Part shown: positions 37,211-52,686 of the stretch, in pieces | Numbering within the stretch: position 1 is the stretch's first letter | Layout of the letters: each line of letters starts with the position of its first letter | Assembly: GCF_006345805.1 (NCBI RefSeq) | Contig: NC_043001.1 | Location: forward strand, 43,214,001 to 43,278,000 | Reading direction: 5' to 3' | Source: Octopus sinensis | Lineage: Eukaryota | DNA: 64,000 nucleotides | Notes under the pieces: model-generated | What the model saw: the letters and a program-made list of their open reading frames with translations, nothing else | The model's database searches: none | Told to the model about the DNA's origin: nothing | Program-made: the position numbers and the translations under genes

Positions 37211-40200
37211 CACACACCACAGAGTCTGGAAAATTGGCCTTATGAGCCTATGGCTCAGGAAGGACCTTTAATCCTTCAAAGATATGTTGGACACAACACA
37301 CTGAATAAAAATATCCAAACTACCACCCGCGAGTCCTCACAATATTTCTTACTCTCGTGCTACATACCTCTAAATGAAAGTGTATAATTGCATACTCAGT
37401 ATAGTCCTTGATGAATCTGAAATGTAAGATGTTTGCTATTTGTTGGTACCAACTTTACAATCAACTGATTCTTTACTGGAGATTTACTTTTTCACTGACG
37501 TCTATAATAATAACATTAACAAATATTGAAATTTGAAGATCTATTCAAAATGAAGTGTCTTAAGATGTTCTACTAATTTTCATAATTTGAATCTTTATTT
37601 TTTTTCTTTTGTATTCATATTATCTTGAATAGTTTGATTGTATTTTTATTTTTTTGTTTTCAGTTGGTTCTGGTGTGACATTCAGCACTGACAATGGTAT
37701 TGAAGAGGCAAATGATGCTAATGGTCTCCATTCTACCATATCTAGTAGCAATGGTATTAGTACTACAACACGTGAGGTCTTGGGTGTAGCAGTTTCTGCT
37801 GTTAGCAGTGGACAGTTATCATCAACTGTGGATGGCACCAACTCCGTGTCACCAAGTGTTGTCTTGGAAAGGGATATTGGTGTTTTTCAAAGAGTTGAGG
37901 CTGCCCAGTCTTGTATAATTGATAATTTTAGGCGGCAACATCATCTTAACTCAATTAGTACTGATGGTGTTGCTGACAGTTCTGCTGAAGTTGATGCAGA
38001 TTTATCAAGTAAGTTGATTCTCTGTCATTTAAATCTCTCTTTCTTTTTCATCATCATCATCATCATCATTATCGTTTAATGTCCGTTTTCCGTGCTAGCA
38101 CGGGTTGGACGGTTCGACCGGGGTCTGGGAAGCCAGGAGGCTGCACCAGGCTCTACAGCTGGATGCCCTTCCTAACGCCAACCACTCAATGAGTGTAGTG
38201 GGTGCTTTTTACGTGCCACCGACACAGGTGCCAGGGGAGTCTGGCAGCAGCCACGATCGGTTGGTGCTTTTTATGTGCCACCGGCACAGAAGCCAGTCAA
38301 GGCGGCGCTGGCATCGGCCACGTTCGGATGGTGCTTTTTACATGCCACCGGCACTATTTGGTTAGTGAGTTTACTTGCTCTGCATTAAGCTATTGAAATA
38401 CCAATAGCTCTATTAACTAATGTGTAATTAGATGGAGTACTATGTAAGTATTTTTAAAGTTGCAGTGCTAAGCTAAAATCCTCCTAATGTTGGGCATGTC
38501 ATCATTTTTACTTTGTATTATATGAAAAATCCTTCTTTAAAGATTCATACTGGTGAAAGATGGAAAATTTTATCAGTGTATTGTCCCTTTAATCATTACA
38601 TAAACACGAAGAGTTGCAAAAGCAATGTTCTATATCCTATTAATGACTTAATAGAATACAGGACATCACTGATTTAGTGTAACTTTACTTTCCTTGAAGT
38701 CTCTTGTACATATTGAATTTATTCCACTTAGTTCAGTATCAGAAATTGTTTATTCAGTGATGTGTGCTCTTGAGAATCAATAGACCTAAATAATAATAAT
38801 AATTGTCTTCTATCATTTTATTCTGTGTGGTTAAGAAGCTCACTTTGCAACCATGTTGTTTCAGGCTTGTTTGGGCAAGTGTATCTTACTCTACCTCCAG
38901 GCTAACTAATGCCTTGTAAATGAATTTGGTAAACAGAAACTGTCTTGAAGCCCATCGTGTGTGTATGTGTGTGCGCGTGTACGTGCGTGGGTGTGTTTTT
39001 GTGTCTATGCTTGTCCTCCACTCCTAATGTTGGTTTGTTTTGTGACCCTGTAACTTAGTAAGTAAAATAATACCAGACTTAAAAAAGTAAGTTCTGAGGT
39101 CAATTTGTAAGTACTGAAGTCAAGATGATACACCACCATGTCCACAGTTCAATGAATAAAACAAATAAAATACAAAAGTTTATAATGATAACAATGACAA
39201 TGACCATCATCATAATTTTAAAATCTATTTTTATATGATAGCATAAATTTAACGTATGCATGTCCAGGATGTCAGCCTTCTTGTTTTGCATTAAAGCATC
39301 TGAGGCTTTATGTTGACATATCAGTTATTAGTGATATTACCTGTCAGTGTTTTTTTTGTTTTTTTCAGGTGGTGCTCATCTAGCAATATCTCAGAATCTA
39401 GAAGAAATTGTTGCTAGATCTAACAATGATTCAGCTAATGTTAGTAGCCTAAGCCATGGTCCAAATAATATTACTGGAGCTAGCAGTAGTGGACTTGGTA
39501 ATATTACTGGACCCAGCAATTTTTCTAGCAATACTTCCGGAACTAGCAACACTGGGCCGAGTAATATCACTGGATCTAGTTGTATTTCTGCTAATATCAG
39601 TGGCTCTATTAATGGACTAGACAATACTGCTGACTCTAACATAAGCTCTGCCAACATTGCTGGATCAAGCAGAGGTTCTGTTAATATTGCATCAAACAGG
39701 GTTTCTGGTAATGCTGCTGCATCTAATAACATTCTCAATTGCTTAGAAGAAGAAAAAGAAAATATTCCTCATTCAAAACGACAAGTAAGTTGGAATTTTC
39801 TTGTTTTACTTTTAATTTTTATATGAACTGGGAAAGGAAACAAGATCACTTGTTTACATCAAAATTACTGACATATTTTACTTTCTATGTTCTATGTACT
39901 ATTACCTTCCGATGCATTTCTTTATCAATCTTCCAAAGCCTAATGCAATCACTGTATTACTGCTTGCAATGATTGTCTGTTCATGGTTTATATTGTAGTT
40001 ATGAATGAAGACTTTGATGGTAGCCATAGTGAATATGGGTAACTTAGACTTGGTTGTTACATAATAGCCCTTTGAGATTAACTTGATGTAGCTGGCAACT
40101 GAAAATTATTTTGGAATTTGTTTGGCTTTTGATAGTCTTAAATGTTTGGTTGTATGTGTTTAAGCAGAGCTAATGACAACTCAGTTGCTCTCAAAATGCA

Positions 40201-43200
40201 TACTAATATTAATGTTCAAATGTTTAGAGTTATCCAGACTGAAAGTCTCAACTGCCCAAGATAAGTCTGGCCTGCTTACCAATGTCAATTGATTGTATCC
40301 TGTAATGTTACTTTATTTACTTCTTATTACAAATATGCTTATTTCTCAAGAACATGCTTCTCAAAGGTATTGTATAAATAGCAATTAGCTTGAAGAATTG
40401 TAACAAAACTTCCACTGGATTGATACCCTATCCAGAGAGAGGTGGAAGGACAGGTAAGAGAGAGACCTATCCTCAGTCATTTTTTATTTATAAGTACCAG
40501 CACACTTCCAGACTTTTAGGAAAATGATTGTAATAAAAAAGAGAAAAAAAAAAGAGATCAAAATATTTTGGTTCTTGTCTACACACAAAAGTAACCTTAA
40601 TCTAAAAGAAAGAATTGAAGCTAATTTCTCTTTTTTTTTTGTATTTCTTATTGAAGTTGCGTAAATCAAACCGCATTGCCAATATGGAGGCCGAGTCAAG
40701 CTGGTCGAGTCATCGCCGTCAATATAAACCTACCAAGGCATATAACCCTGATGAACTTTGTAAGCATTTTATAATTTTCATTGTATTTTTTGCGTATTTG
40801 TTTTACTCCAATGAGAACTACATTTTAAACTTTACTTTTATCAAGGGTGTGAAGAATGCATGGCTACTTACCAAAATGAATGTCCAGAACATCGCCTACA
40901 AATTGTACCTGATAAAGTAGTCTTGTCTCGGGCCTGGTCCAGTTTACCTCCAATACTTCAGATATTTCGACTTGGTGAAAGTACAGGTTAGTTGTGTAAT
41001 TTGTAAGCTTGTTTGTATTATTTTAAAAATATAACAATAAAATATTTTTTTCTTTTAAACATACTCATTTTAGTTATTGACATTTAAATTATAACTGTAG
41101 TCGTTTCTTTATAAGTAGATAATTGGTAATTGAGTATATTGGTACTGTTGTTGATTTTAACTTAAGTTGTTTTTGTTTTTAATGGTTGGACCTGAAGGAA
41201 ATGGCTGCACCTATAACTTTAACATATTTGATGAGACTGTCAAGAATGATACAGTTAAAGTTTATCTTGAACAATAGCAGGAAAAAAAACATGGACAAGG
41301 AGGGAATTTTATAGAGCCATCATTTTCAAGAAGGTTTAGAAATAGTGATTAGTGTAGGGAATAAACACAATATGGATGAGGAAAAGAAGCGAGATGATTT
41401 ATTTGGTTAGGGGTGGCACTAGACAAGCCAGCCTTGAGAAACAAAAGCCACTGGAGTTGTGGTAGAGAAAACAGAGTGAGGAGACAGCATATCTGTGAGT
41501 TAGAGGCTGAAATGTGTATTAGTGAGTAACTCCCATGATTGTCAGTTGGGGGACTTGTTATGTGAAATGCAATCTGCAATGTTCATACATGTTGCTGTCC
41601 CAGATGTGGGAGTTATATATAGCGTTACCATAAATACTAAGTTTGGATTAAGCATTGTTTCTAGATTGTTTTGCTTTGTTGATTTACTTGACTAACTTCA
41701 CACAAGCATATGGTTGCAACCAGGAGTTGATTGTCTGTCATAGGATTGACTTGCCCAGTGCTTGTCTGTTAATTGACAAATCTTATTTCTTTATTACCCA
41801 CAAGGGGCTAAATATAGAGGGGACAAACAAGGACAGACACACAGATTAAGCCGATTACATCGACCCCAGTGCATAACTGGTACTTAATTTATCGACCCCG
41901 AAAGGATGAAAGGCAAAGTCGATCTTGGCAGAATTTGAACTAAGAACATAACAGCAGATGAAATACTGATAAGCATTTCACTCGGCATGCTAACGTTTCT
42001 GCCAGCTCGCAGATAAGTAAATTAATCTGACAGATTAATTTACTTATCAAAGACATTGTATTATTAATCTGTTAAATTAAAATTTTTTATCATAATAGTT
42101 AACAAAATATTTGCCTGATTGTTACTCAACCTCATGCCAATTGATATGATGCTATATAGTACACTTAATTGAAGCCACTATAAAAAAAAAACACTGGACA
42201 ACGTTTTTAATGATAATAATTCATTTCTTTTTCACAAGTTTCACTTTTATCATTAAATCTGCTTATAAAAGTTGCCTGCATTTTAATTCCCTTTCTGTGC
42301 TTATTTATTGTTGTGGTGATATATTTAATTTATTTTAGAGAGAACAACTGCTTATTTGTAAAGAGGCTTATTTTCAATTGATCAAAACATATTGTATGTA
42401 ATCTTTTCTTTTTTTCTCTACTAGAACTTGGAGTATTTGCAAAACGTCCCATTGCAAAATCTACACAGTTTGGACCATTTATTGGTGAACCAGTAGCCAA
42501 TCAAAATCAGCTGACAAACTGTCGGTTTGTTTTAATGGTCAGTTTCAAAGGCATTAATTATTGAAGTTTTTGTTTCATTTAATTTTGTTCAAATTTTGTT
42601 CTTCATAAAGTTATCTGTCATGTGTGGAAACAATACCTGAAGCCAAAGTTCCAGAAATACCTTTAACTACTTATACTTTTTTATTACATGTATAGTTATC
42701 AGATATAATTTCCATTTAAATAGTGTTCAACAAAGTATTTATGAATTATATTAATTGAAATATATGGATATATGAATATCATTAGCTGAAGTCTGTAGAT
42801 GGAAATGATCAGGATATGTAGTTTATTACTCTTTACTCTTTTACTTGTTTCAGTCATTTGACTGCGGCCATGCTGGAGCACCGCCTTTAGTCGAGCAAAT
42901 CGACCCCGGGACTTATTCTTTGTAAGCCCAGTACTCATTCTATCGGTCTCTTTTGCCGAACCGCTAAGTGATGGGCACGTAAACACACCAGCATCGGTTG
43001 TCAAGCAATGCTAGGGGAACAAACACAAACACACACATATATATATATATATACATACATATATACGACAGGCTTCTTTCAGTTTCCGTCTACCAAATCC
43101 ACTCACAAGGCATTGGTCGGCCCGGGGCTATAGCAGAAGACACTTGCCCAAGATGCCACGCAGTGGGACTGAACCCGGAACCATGTGGTTGGTAAGCAAG

Positions 43201-46200
43201 CTACTTACCACACAGCCACTCCTGCGCCTATTGTTGAAATTTATAGAAAGTTGTTAATTAAGAATGGTATTTACTGTTAAATGAGATCCAATACTGTATA
43301 TTGTTGACCCCTTTTATGTATTCTCTGTTCTATATGTTGAATAGGACTATATATCCTGCATTTCAAGATCATATGCTACATGTCGTTATTTCATTATGAG
43401 TATATTACTTATTAATGCTTATGTTTTTCACCTTTTGGTTATCACACTGTACTAATTTACTTTTAAAAAAAATTTGATATATTTGATGTTTCTTTCTGTT
43501 TAGTTATCCTTAATATAATTTCTCTCTTTTCCTTTTTCCTTGCAGTTAGAGCGTGAAAATAATGAGTGTTTTTACATTGAAATGTCTGATGAGAATAAAT
43601 GTAATTGGATGATGTTTGTACGACCTGCTGAGAACTTTGCTGAACAAAACCTTGTTGCTTATCAACACTGTCAAGATATCTATTTTACAGTTTCTAAAAA
43701 CATTGAGCCAAGGCAGGAGCTCAAAGTAAGTTTTTTTTAGATATAAATACTTAATAAATTTATGAATATTTGTTGAGCTGATTTACTTGAAAAAATATCC
43801 TACCTCTGTTGGCAACAAAGGGCCTCTCTCTCAGAGTGAAGGTAGACTGTATGATGCCTGCATGCAAACAGCTATGCTACACAGCAGTGACATATGGGCT
43901 GTGACTGCCGAGGACATGCTTAGACTTGAAAGAAATACAGTTAGTATGCTTCACTGGATGTGAAGCATACTAGCTGCATGTATGACAGTGTAAGCATTTT
44001 GAGGAAAAGTTGAGCATAAGAGGCATCAGATCTGGTGTGCAAGAGAGACAACTGCACTGGTATGGTCATGTGGACGAGGACAGCTGTGTTGGGCCTCACG
44101 GAGGCAATGGCAAATGTAGCCATGGCAGCTACTAGTGTCACACAAATGGCACCTTTGCTGGTGGTTTGTAAGCACCCATTACACTCTTGGAGTGGTTGGT
44201 ATTAGGAAGAGAATCCAGCTGTAGAAACTATGGCATCTCAGACTAGAGTCTGGTATAGCCTTCAAGTTTGCCAGCATGGACAACAGATTAAATGATGATG
44301 AGGATGATAGTGATGACGATGTTTACTACTACTACTACTACTTATGGAGTATTTATGTATCTTATTACCAAGTGTGCATGCTCCTAAGAAGCATTTTTAT
44401 GTGCCACTGGCATGAGACCAGTCAGGTGGCACTGGCATCGGCCACAACAATGATTTCACTTGACTCAACAGGTCTTCTCAAGCACAGTTTATTGCCCAAT
44501 GATTGAAGGGTACTCTTAAACAGGACAGTTATGCTACGCTGGCCTAGGCCACTGTTATGGTCTCACTTGGGCTGCTGGGTCTTCTCAAGCACAGCATATC
44601 TCCAAAGGTCTCAGTTGCTCATCACCGCCTCCATGAGGCCCAATGTTCGAAAGTTGTGCTTCACCACCTCTTCCCAGGTCTTCCTGGGTCTACCTCTTCC
44701 ACAGGTTCCCTCCACTGTTAGGGTGTGACACTTTTTCACACAGCTGTCTTCATCCATATGTAACACATGACCATATCAGCGCAGTCATCTCTTGCACACC
44801 ACATCTGATGTTTCTTATGTCCAACTGTTCTCTCAGGGTGCTTACATTCTGTGGTGTATACACACTGACATTACACATCCAGCGGAGCATGCTAGCTTCA
44901 TTTGTTACAATTTTACATGTCCTCAGCCCATGTTTCACTGCCTTGTAGCATGGATTTTTGCAAACATGTGTCATACAGTCTACATTTCACTCCGAGCAAG
45001 AGGTCCTTTGTTACTAGCAGAGGTAGGAGCTCTCTGTACTTTGCCCTGGCTATTTTTATTCTAGCAGCTAAGCTATCAGAGCATCCACCCCTGCTACTGA
45101 CTTAATCATCTAGGTAACAGAAGCTATCTACTACTTCTAGTTTTTCTCCCTGGCATGTGACGGAAAATGTTTTCTATATATATAGTGTACTGCTTGCTTG
45201 TTGGCAGGATCAGCAAAAAAGTACACAATCAAGCAAGAGATAAGTATTGTTTAATGAATACAAGAGTTATATATGATCTACCGCAGGTTTCATTCTAGGA
45301 TAGTGCAGTAATTGAACAGGCTTGTATAGTGTACCGTGCACAAATCATTATCATCATTTTGCCATGCTTTATGTGTCAGGCAGAATTTGCTGAGGTAGAT
45401 TTTCCATATCTGAATGTTCTTCTTGTCACCAGCCCTCATCTCTTTCCAAGCAAGGTAATATTTCCCCATAACCATATTCGCAGAGAAGATTAGAAACGAA
45501 AGATGCCACTTGCATGTGGTTACACTTGTTTACAACTATCATGCAAAGTCAAGGCAAGGAGACGGTAACACACATACACACACATTCTTTTTTTATTCTA
45601 TTTATTTGTTGCAGTCATTTGACTGCGGTCATACTGGAGCACTGCCAGGACTTATTCTTTGTAAGCCTAGTACTTATTCTATTAGTCTCTTTTGCTGAAC
45701 CACTAAGTTACTGGAACATAGATACACCAGCATCAGTTGTCAAGCAATAGTGGGAGGACACAGATATGCACACACACATATATGATGAGCTTCTTTCAGT
45801 TTCTATACCAAATCCACTCAGAAGGCTTTGGTCAGCCCAAGGCTATAGTAGAAGACACTTGCCCAAGGTGCCATGCAGTGGGACTGAACCCAGAGCCATG
45901 TGATTCAGAAGGAAGCTTCTTACCACACAATCCACCCACAAGTGTTTGGTCAGACTAGGGCTTTAGCCATGCACCAGGACTGAACCTAAAACCATGTGGT
46001 TTGGCTGCAAACTTCTTACTACATAGCCAAGCCTGCATCCACAAAAAAAAACACAAGAAAAAATGCAAGAAGGAAACTTCAAGAGAAAAGAGGAATAAAG
46101 GTTACATAGCTCTATCCCATTAGAAGAAGAATATTGTTAATGGAATGTTTACATCTAAAATAACAATGCCTAGTGAAAATTTTCAAGTGGGGAAAAGTCT

Positions 46201-49200
46201 AAATTGCATTAAATTGTATGTCTAATCTGGTGGGGCAGGGCATCTTCCAGTTTGGTAACAAAAATTTGTTGAAATGCTTATTTCTTGTAAAAATTTTCGA
46301 TTTCAAATATAGAAACATTGGTGCTGTTCTTCAACACACAAGCATGTAACTCCAGTGTATACAAGGTTATTTGTGAGTGGTGCACATCACACTTCCACAT
46401 TACTACTGTTATAGAAAATATCATCATCTTTTTCTTTTTTTAGGTGTGGTATGCAGCACATTATGCTGAACGTATTGGAGCACATGTTCTTGATATCACA
46501 GATGAAGATATTGAAGGTTATTATCCACATTTTCATGTTTTTAATGCAAAAAATGTTTTATATAGAAACTAATGGATGCTATCGATAAGAATTTAGCTCT
46601 TGTTGAAATGCTAAGAGAGTAAGTTAACAATTCAGATTTAATTCCTGGTTTGGTACGTACACTTTAAGAAGGTCATTAATGTCACAACTTCTGTTTACCT
46701 AACTTCAATTCAATAACCTTGTATGCATTTCATTGATGGCAAATAATAAAATATTTGATGATTGATTGTGTATGAAATATTTTATTAGTAAATGCAAGCT
46801 GTAAATGATATAAAGGTTTACAATAAAGACAGAAATATTTATGGTTTCTTTTTTTCTTTTTTTTAATTGATAAATTTAAAAGATTGCCATAAAATATAGA
46901 TGAAAAGTGTTAAAAATTACTTGAATTGAAATTACACAAAAGTAACCTTATTGTCTTGCTGAAAGTTAATCTTCTAGGCTGATTGAATTGTTAGCCTCTC
47001 TTCAGCAGTCCATACCTGCATCTGATCCTGCAATGTGTTCCTGACAAAGACAATGGATTCTTGAATCTGTCCAAAAATTTACAGTAGGTACTATGGAGAT
47101 ATGCAGCTCACACTTTAAGCTGCCATATAATGAGCAAGTGCCTTAATAGCTTCCAGTGCTCATCCCAAGTTCTCTTATTGTCAGAATTTCAAACAGATGA
47201 ACAATCTCTGGAACAAATGGGATAAGCTGCAGTATACTATAACACTTCTTAACAACATTACTTGGGGGGGGAAAAAACCCAGAAGATGCCTGTATTTCAC
47301 ATTAGTACAACTTAATGGACTAATGTTAAAACTTACTTGGGATTACAACCAAACCAATAATTCTACATTTGATTAACATTATTTAATAGGTTGTTGTTTG
47401 ACCCCAAATTAGTCTTACTCTAGAAGACCTGTGAGCAAAGCAATCTAGATTACATTATCCATTGTATGCTTTTTCTAAGAAGCTAAGGTGTGATTTGGGG
47501 TAGATTTAGCTGATATCTTAGAAGGTTGAGCAATCATTTTGAAATTGTCTTGATGAGGCTGTCATTATGTTTTTTTGTTTTTTTTTAATATTCATATTTC
47601 TGAAAATATTAATATCTACTCATAAAAATGTAAAAAATATCTAAAGTAGCAAATTATAATGATGAAAATTAAACTGCTTCTAAAATACAATCATTCTTAT
47701 ACAATTTTAGAATTAGACCTAGAGTTTTTATTTCTATTTCCTTCTGTTTTTGAGTATAGAGTATGGAAAATATAAATAGCAAAATAATAAACAATGAGTT
47801 TATTGTTGCCTGATGTATCACTATAATACTACAATATATAAAAATACTTGTGAAATATGTCATCATCATCATTATCACCATTGTCATTATTTATAGTTTA
47901 TATATTTTATAACACTGAATTTTTTATAGTTTATATAGTTCATAACACTGAATTTTTTTTTCCACTATATTTTTTTTCACTAGCAACTAGGTTGTATACC
48001 ACAGAGCAGTGGTTTGCAACCAATTTTTACCTGTAGACCCCTTTGATTCCTACTTTTCTCTACTGGACTTCCATAGCTATTTGCTGTGTATAAAAGGAAA
48101 ATCTTACTGTTTTTTTATAATTAAATATCATTAGGAATTGAATGAAAAAATTAAAATATTTTGCATATTGCAGATGTATAACCAATTTATTGCACATAAA
48201 ATCTTATATGGACCCCAGATAAAAACCACTGCCATAAAACTTTAAGACTAATTACTTCTGTATAATTTTATCTAAGGGAGTGGAGCAGAATCGCTATCCC
48301 TATCAGGCCCTCATTCAATTGAAGATAAGCCTTCTCAGACTCTTCTACAAAGTAAAAATAACTATTTGATGTTAATACAGTTAATGTTCAATTTGAATCC
48401 ATGCAAAGTTCATGCTTCAAGACGAATTATAAACGAGAAGGCAGTTTAGTATGTGACTGAAAGATTGAGGGGCTGTGCTGGAGGAGGATAGAAGACATGT
48501 AAAATGGACAAGTTTGATTTAGTTAAAGACTAGCCATTATAATATTATTATATCTTAATAACTGATACAAAGAATTTATAACTGTAACCCTTTAGCATTT
48601 AAACTAGCCAAATCTGGCCCAAATATTTACCTGTTTCATATTCAAACAAACCAAGTCAGATCTCTTACACCTACCCTACAATGTCATTCTAAAAATAACA
48701 ATCACTACATTGAAATCTGAAAGCTAATGAGTTAATGCATGATTAATTAAAAACAGTGTGGTTAAATAAGCATCACATTTGAACAGAGGAATCTGAATGC
48801 TAAAGGGTTAAAAGTAATGTTAACTTTAAACTGTTTCATTTTGTAAATTAGAATTCCATGTGATTCATTCTGAATTTATCCAATTGACAGCCTTGGATGA
48901 ACAAGAACGCAAATGGCCTTGTTATGAATGTAATAAACGATTTAAAACATCAGCTGCACTTCAGAAACATTTAGTTGTTCATGAAGAAAATACATCAAAC
49001 CGCCATCAAGATGATGACTTTAGTATTAGAGGTGAAGCAATGATGCAGAAGAACCGACGTAAAGGATTCTCTTTACAAGCAGGAACATTGAAACGAAAGA
49101 GACGGCACCCAAAAGTGGTAAATATAACCAATATCCTTTAGTCTCTCTATTATTCTCTTTTATTTATAATCATAGTGATTTTGTTTCTAAATTTTTTCTT

Positions 49201-52200
49201 AATCTTTCTCGATTTGGCTATTCATTGTCATCTTTCTTTAATTCTTTTATGTAATCCTAATCTTTAATTCTTTTGCTTAATATTTGATTCCATTAATTCT
49301 CTCCAGTCTTCTCTAATTATATTCATGGATTTTTATTTTTTTATGTATTTGAACCTTACCCTTTATTCTGTTTGATATCTGTATTTTATGGCTGCATTAG
49401 ATCTGTAGCCAGTCAATTGTTCAGAAACGTGATATTATTGTGTAATTAGTTCAATGGTATCATAACTGAATGCTGTTTCTAATGCCAATTAATAGTATTA
49501 ATATCATCCCCAATGTATCAGGTCATCCCATAAGTTCTGTCCGATTTTACCTTTTTCAAAATTGAATGAAATTTAATAGTATTTTAGAATGTCTAATGGA
49601 ATTAAAAATTGCTTTTATGCATTGTGTATATTTAAACTAATTAAATATTATATTACAGAATAATAGAATTAAAATTTCTTTGATTAAAACCCTTTCTAAC
49701 ATAGAAGTATCCAAAGAGCATTTTTGAGGCACATCTTGTTTATGAGTACAAAAAGGGAAACTCTGCAGCCGAAGCAACTCGAAACATACACTCAGTTTAT
49801 GGGAAAGAATGCTTGAATGAAAGAACTTGCGGAAGATGGTTTGCAAAATTCAGAAGTGGAGATTTCAGCCTTGAAGGTGAAGATCAAACAGGACGTCCAG
49901 TTGAGTTTGAGGATAAGCTCCTTGAGGCCTTACTTGAAGAAAATCCTGCATTATCAGTTGAAGAATTGGCCAGAAAAATTAGTTTAAACCATACAACTGT
50001 TCATCGTCATCTTCAACAACTTGGAAAGGTTCCTAAACTTGGAAAATGGGTGCCTCTTGAATTGTCTGAAAGCAACCACAAATCTCAAGTTGACATCTGC
50101 TCTTCTCTATATTCCAGCGAACTCATTTCACCCATTTTGGATAGACTTGTGACTGGTGATAAAAAATGGATCTTCTATTGAAATGTTAAACATCGTAAAC
50201 AGTGCCTTGGTAAAAGGGAAAAAGCTCAACTACAACCGAGAAGGGAACTTCATGGGAAAAAGGTTCTTCTCTCTATCTAGTGGGATTGCAAAGAAGTAAT
50301 TCACTTTGAATTGTTACCAGCTAATGCAACAATCGATGCTCAAATCTACTGTCAGCAATTAGAGCATTTGAACCAAGCTTTGAAGAAAAAAGAGACCTGT
50401 TTTAGTGATTTGAAAAGGAGTGATGTTTCATCAGGACAATGCGCGATCCCACGCTGCAAAGATCACATCACAGAAGATCGAAGAGCTTGGTTGGGAAAAA
50501 AATTTCTCATCCACCCTATTCTCCCGACCTTGCTCCTTCATACTACCATTTGTTTCATAGTTTACAGAATCATTTGGGGGACATAACTTTCCCAAGCCAG
50601 GAGGAGGTCGAAACTGACATTTCAGAGTTCTTTGCTTTGTAATCAAAAGAGTTTTACATTGATGGGGTTAAAAAGCTTATAAATAGATGGAAGGAAATCA
50701 TAGATAATCAGGGAAAGTACATTGATGATTAAATTTCAATTGAATATAACATTTGATCACTTGTTTTCTTTATTCAAAATTCGGACAGAACTTATGGGAT
50801 GACCTGACAGAAAGAATATCTTAATTATTTCTCTATTATTGCTCTATAAACTATTTTTATAGAGACTACAGCAAGTTGTATATGATAGGTGAATTTAGCA
50901 GAAAAAATTTACCATTATTTCAACTAGGATCACTGTAAATATTTATTAAAACAAGATTATATCCTTATTAGTTTTGATATTATAAATATGCCAATAATAT
51001 AATTATTTTAATATATTTAATAATATTATTATTTTAATGGCTTTTATAAGCAAACTAGTACATTTAAATTTTTTATAAATAATGCATGCCTCATAAAACT
51101 TTTTATTTTTCAAGTCTGCCAATGGAGAAATCTGTAATTATCCTTGGAAGAAGAAATCTTCTACATTCTATCTAAACAAGTAAGTTACTAGTTTCTACTT
51201 AGTCATTTCCTTGCTTTCATGAATTTATTGCAAATCTTCACATATGCTGTTGGAAGATTTACATTGAAATGAAATTCCATAAATATTTGTTACCCAATTA
51301 ATCTCGCAATCTGCATTTTCTCAACTTTGTTAATTCTGGCCCAAGAACCATGTCTGTGCTGTATCAGCTGCGATCCTCCTCAATATATTGACTGCTGGCA
51401 TTTATATATAGTCTTGTCTGAGTTGATTGCTAGTTCCCTTTTACCTATTTGATTTATTGCAATATTCCCAAATTCCCAAGGTGGTAGGCTTAACCACCAA
51501 CTGGCTCTTTGCATTATAAGAAATTTAGGAAATCTCAAACATAGGAGAATAACTGTGAAGACAGCTAAGAGGATCCATCTGTTAGGATATTTTGCCAAAT
51601 CCTCTAAGTTGTTATCACAGTTATCTCCTGCACTTGAGATTTCCTTCATTTCTAAAATACCTATTTCTTTATTACCCACAAGGGGCTAAACACAGAGGGG
51701 ACAAACAAGGACAGACATAGGTATTAAGTCGATTATATCGACCCCAGTACGTAACTGGTACTTAATTTATCGACCCCGAAAGGATGAAAGGCAAAGTCGA
51801 CCTCGGCGGAATTTGAACTCACAACGTAACGCAGACGAAATACCGCTAAGCATTTCACCCGTGTGCTAACGTTTCTGCCAGCTCACCACCTTAAAATACC
51901 AATAACTCAACACTTTAGTGTTTGTTTATAAAAATGTTCTCCATTTCAAGATCTTTCTTTCTCTCCACTAATCTTGGAGGCCTCGCAAAAAGGTCATAAG
52001 TACTAATCTATTTCCTTTTACTAAGCTATAAATGAAATGTTTTTTTGAGCCTCTTGATTAGTTTCTCTGATGATTGGTAAGAAGAAACAAATTGTTTGTG
52101 TTGCTGTTGTTTTGTTTTTACCATGTTTTGGTTCATATGAAGCCAGTTTAAATTTTTCTTTTTCTGTATTTTAACTTAGTTACTTCAAAGGTAGTTTCCT

Positions 52201-52650
52201 CTACTTGATAAATTTACAAAAATTATATTTATGCCTCTTAAGTACTTTTATACTGTGCTAGCAGGCCTCCCAGCCTTCGGCCCAGTCTGTACAGTACTCA
52301 AATGTATTCGTAAGGCACATATTGGCATCTATCGTAATGCCCAATTTCCTTACAATAAAAGTTGTTTAAAGGTATTTCATTATTACATAACATAACTTTT
52401 AACATTTATTTAGAATATCTAAATTGTGCTACCAATACTACCACCACACTCACTAATACCTATTAATCTATATTGTCACCACTACTACCAACACAACCAC
52501 AACTTACTGCAATGTATGTCGTCTGTCTCTTTCCTGCTTCTGTCTCATTTATTTTTTCTCTAGAGAGATAAAGAGGTAGAGGTAGTGAGAGAGATAGAGA
52601 CATAGAGAGGGACATTTAGACAAAGAGAAAGCAGTTTTTCTGTGGAGCAC

Positions 52651-52686
<36 letters not shown>

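Noticed and set aside
45185-45350. Possible third PLE fragment beside an RTE 5' truncation (LLVGRISKK...CIVYRAQII)
   Set aside because: The similarity is only a few residues; not counted as evidence without a profile search.
47890-47960. ~33-bp AT-rich tandem duplication
   Set aside because: Ordinary slippage in an intron.
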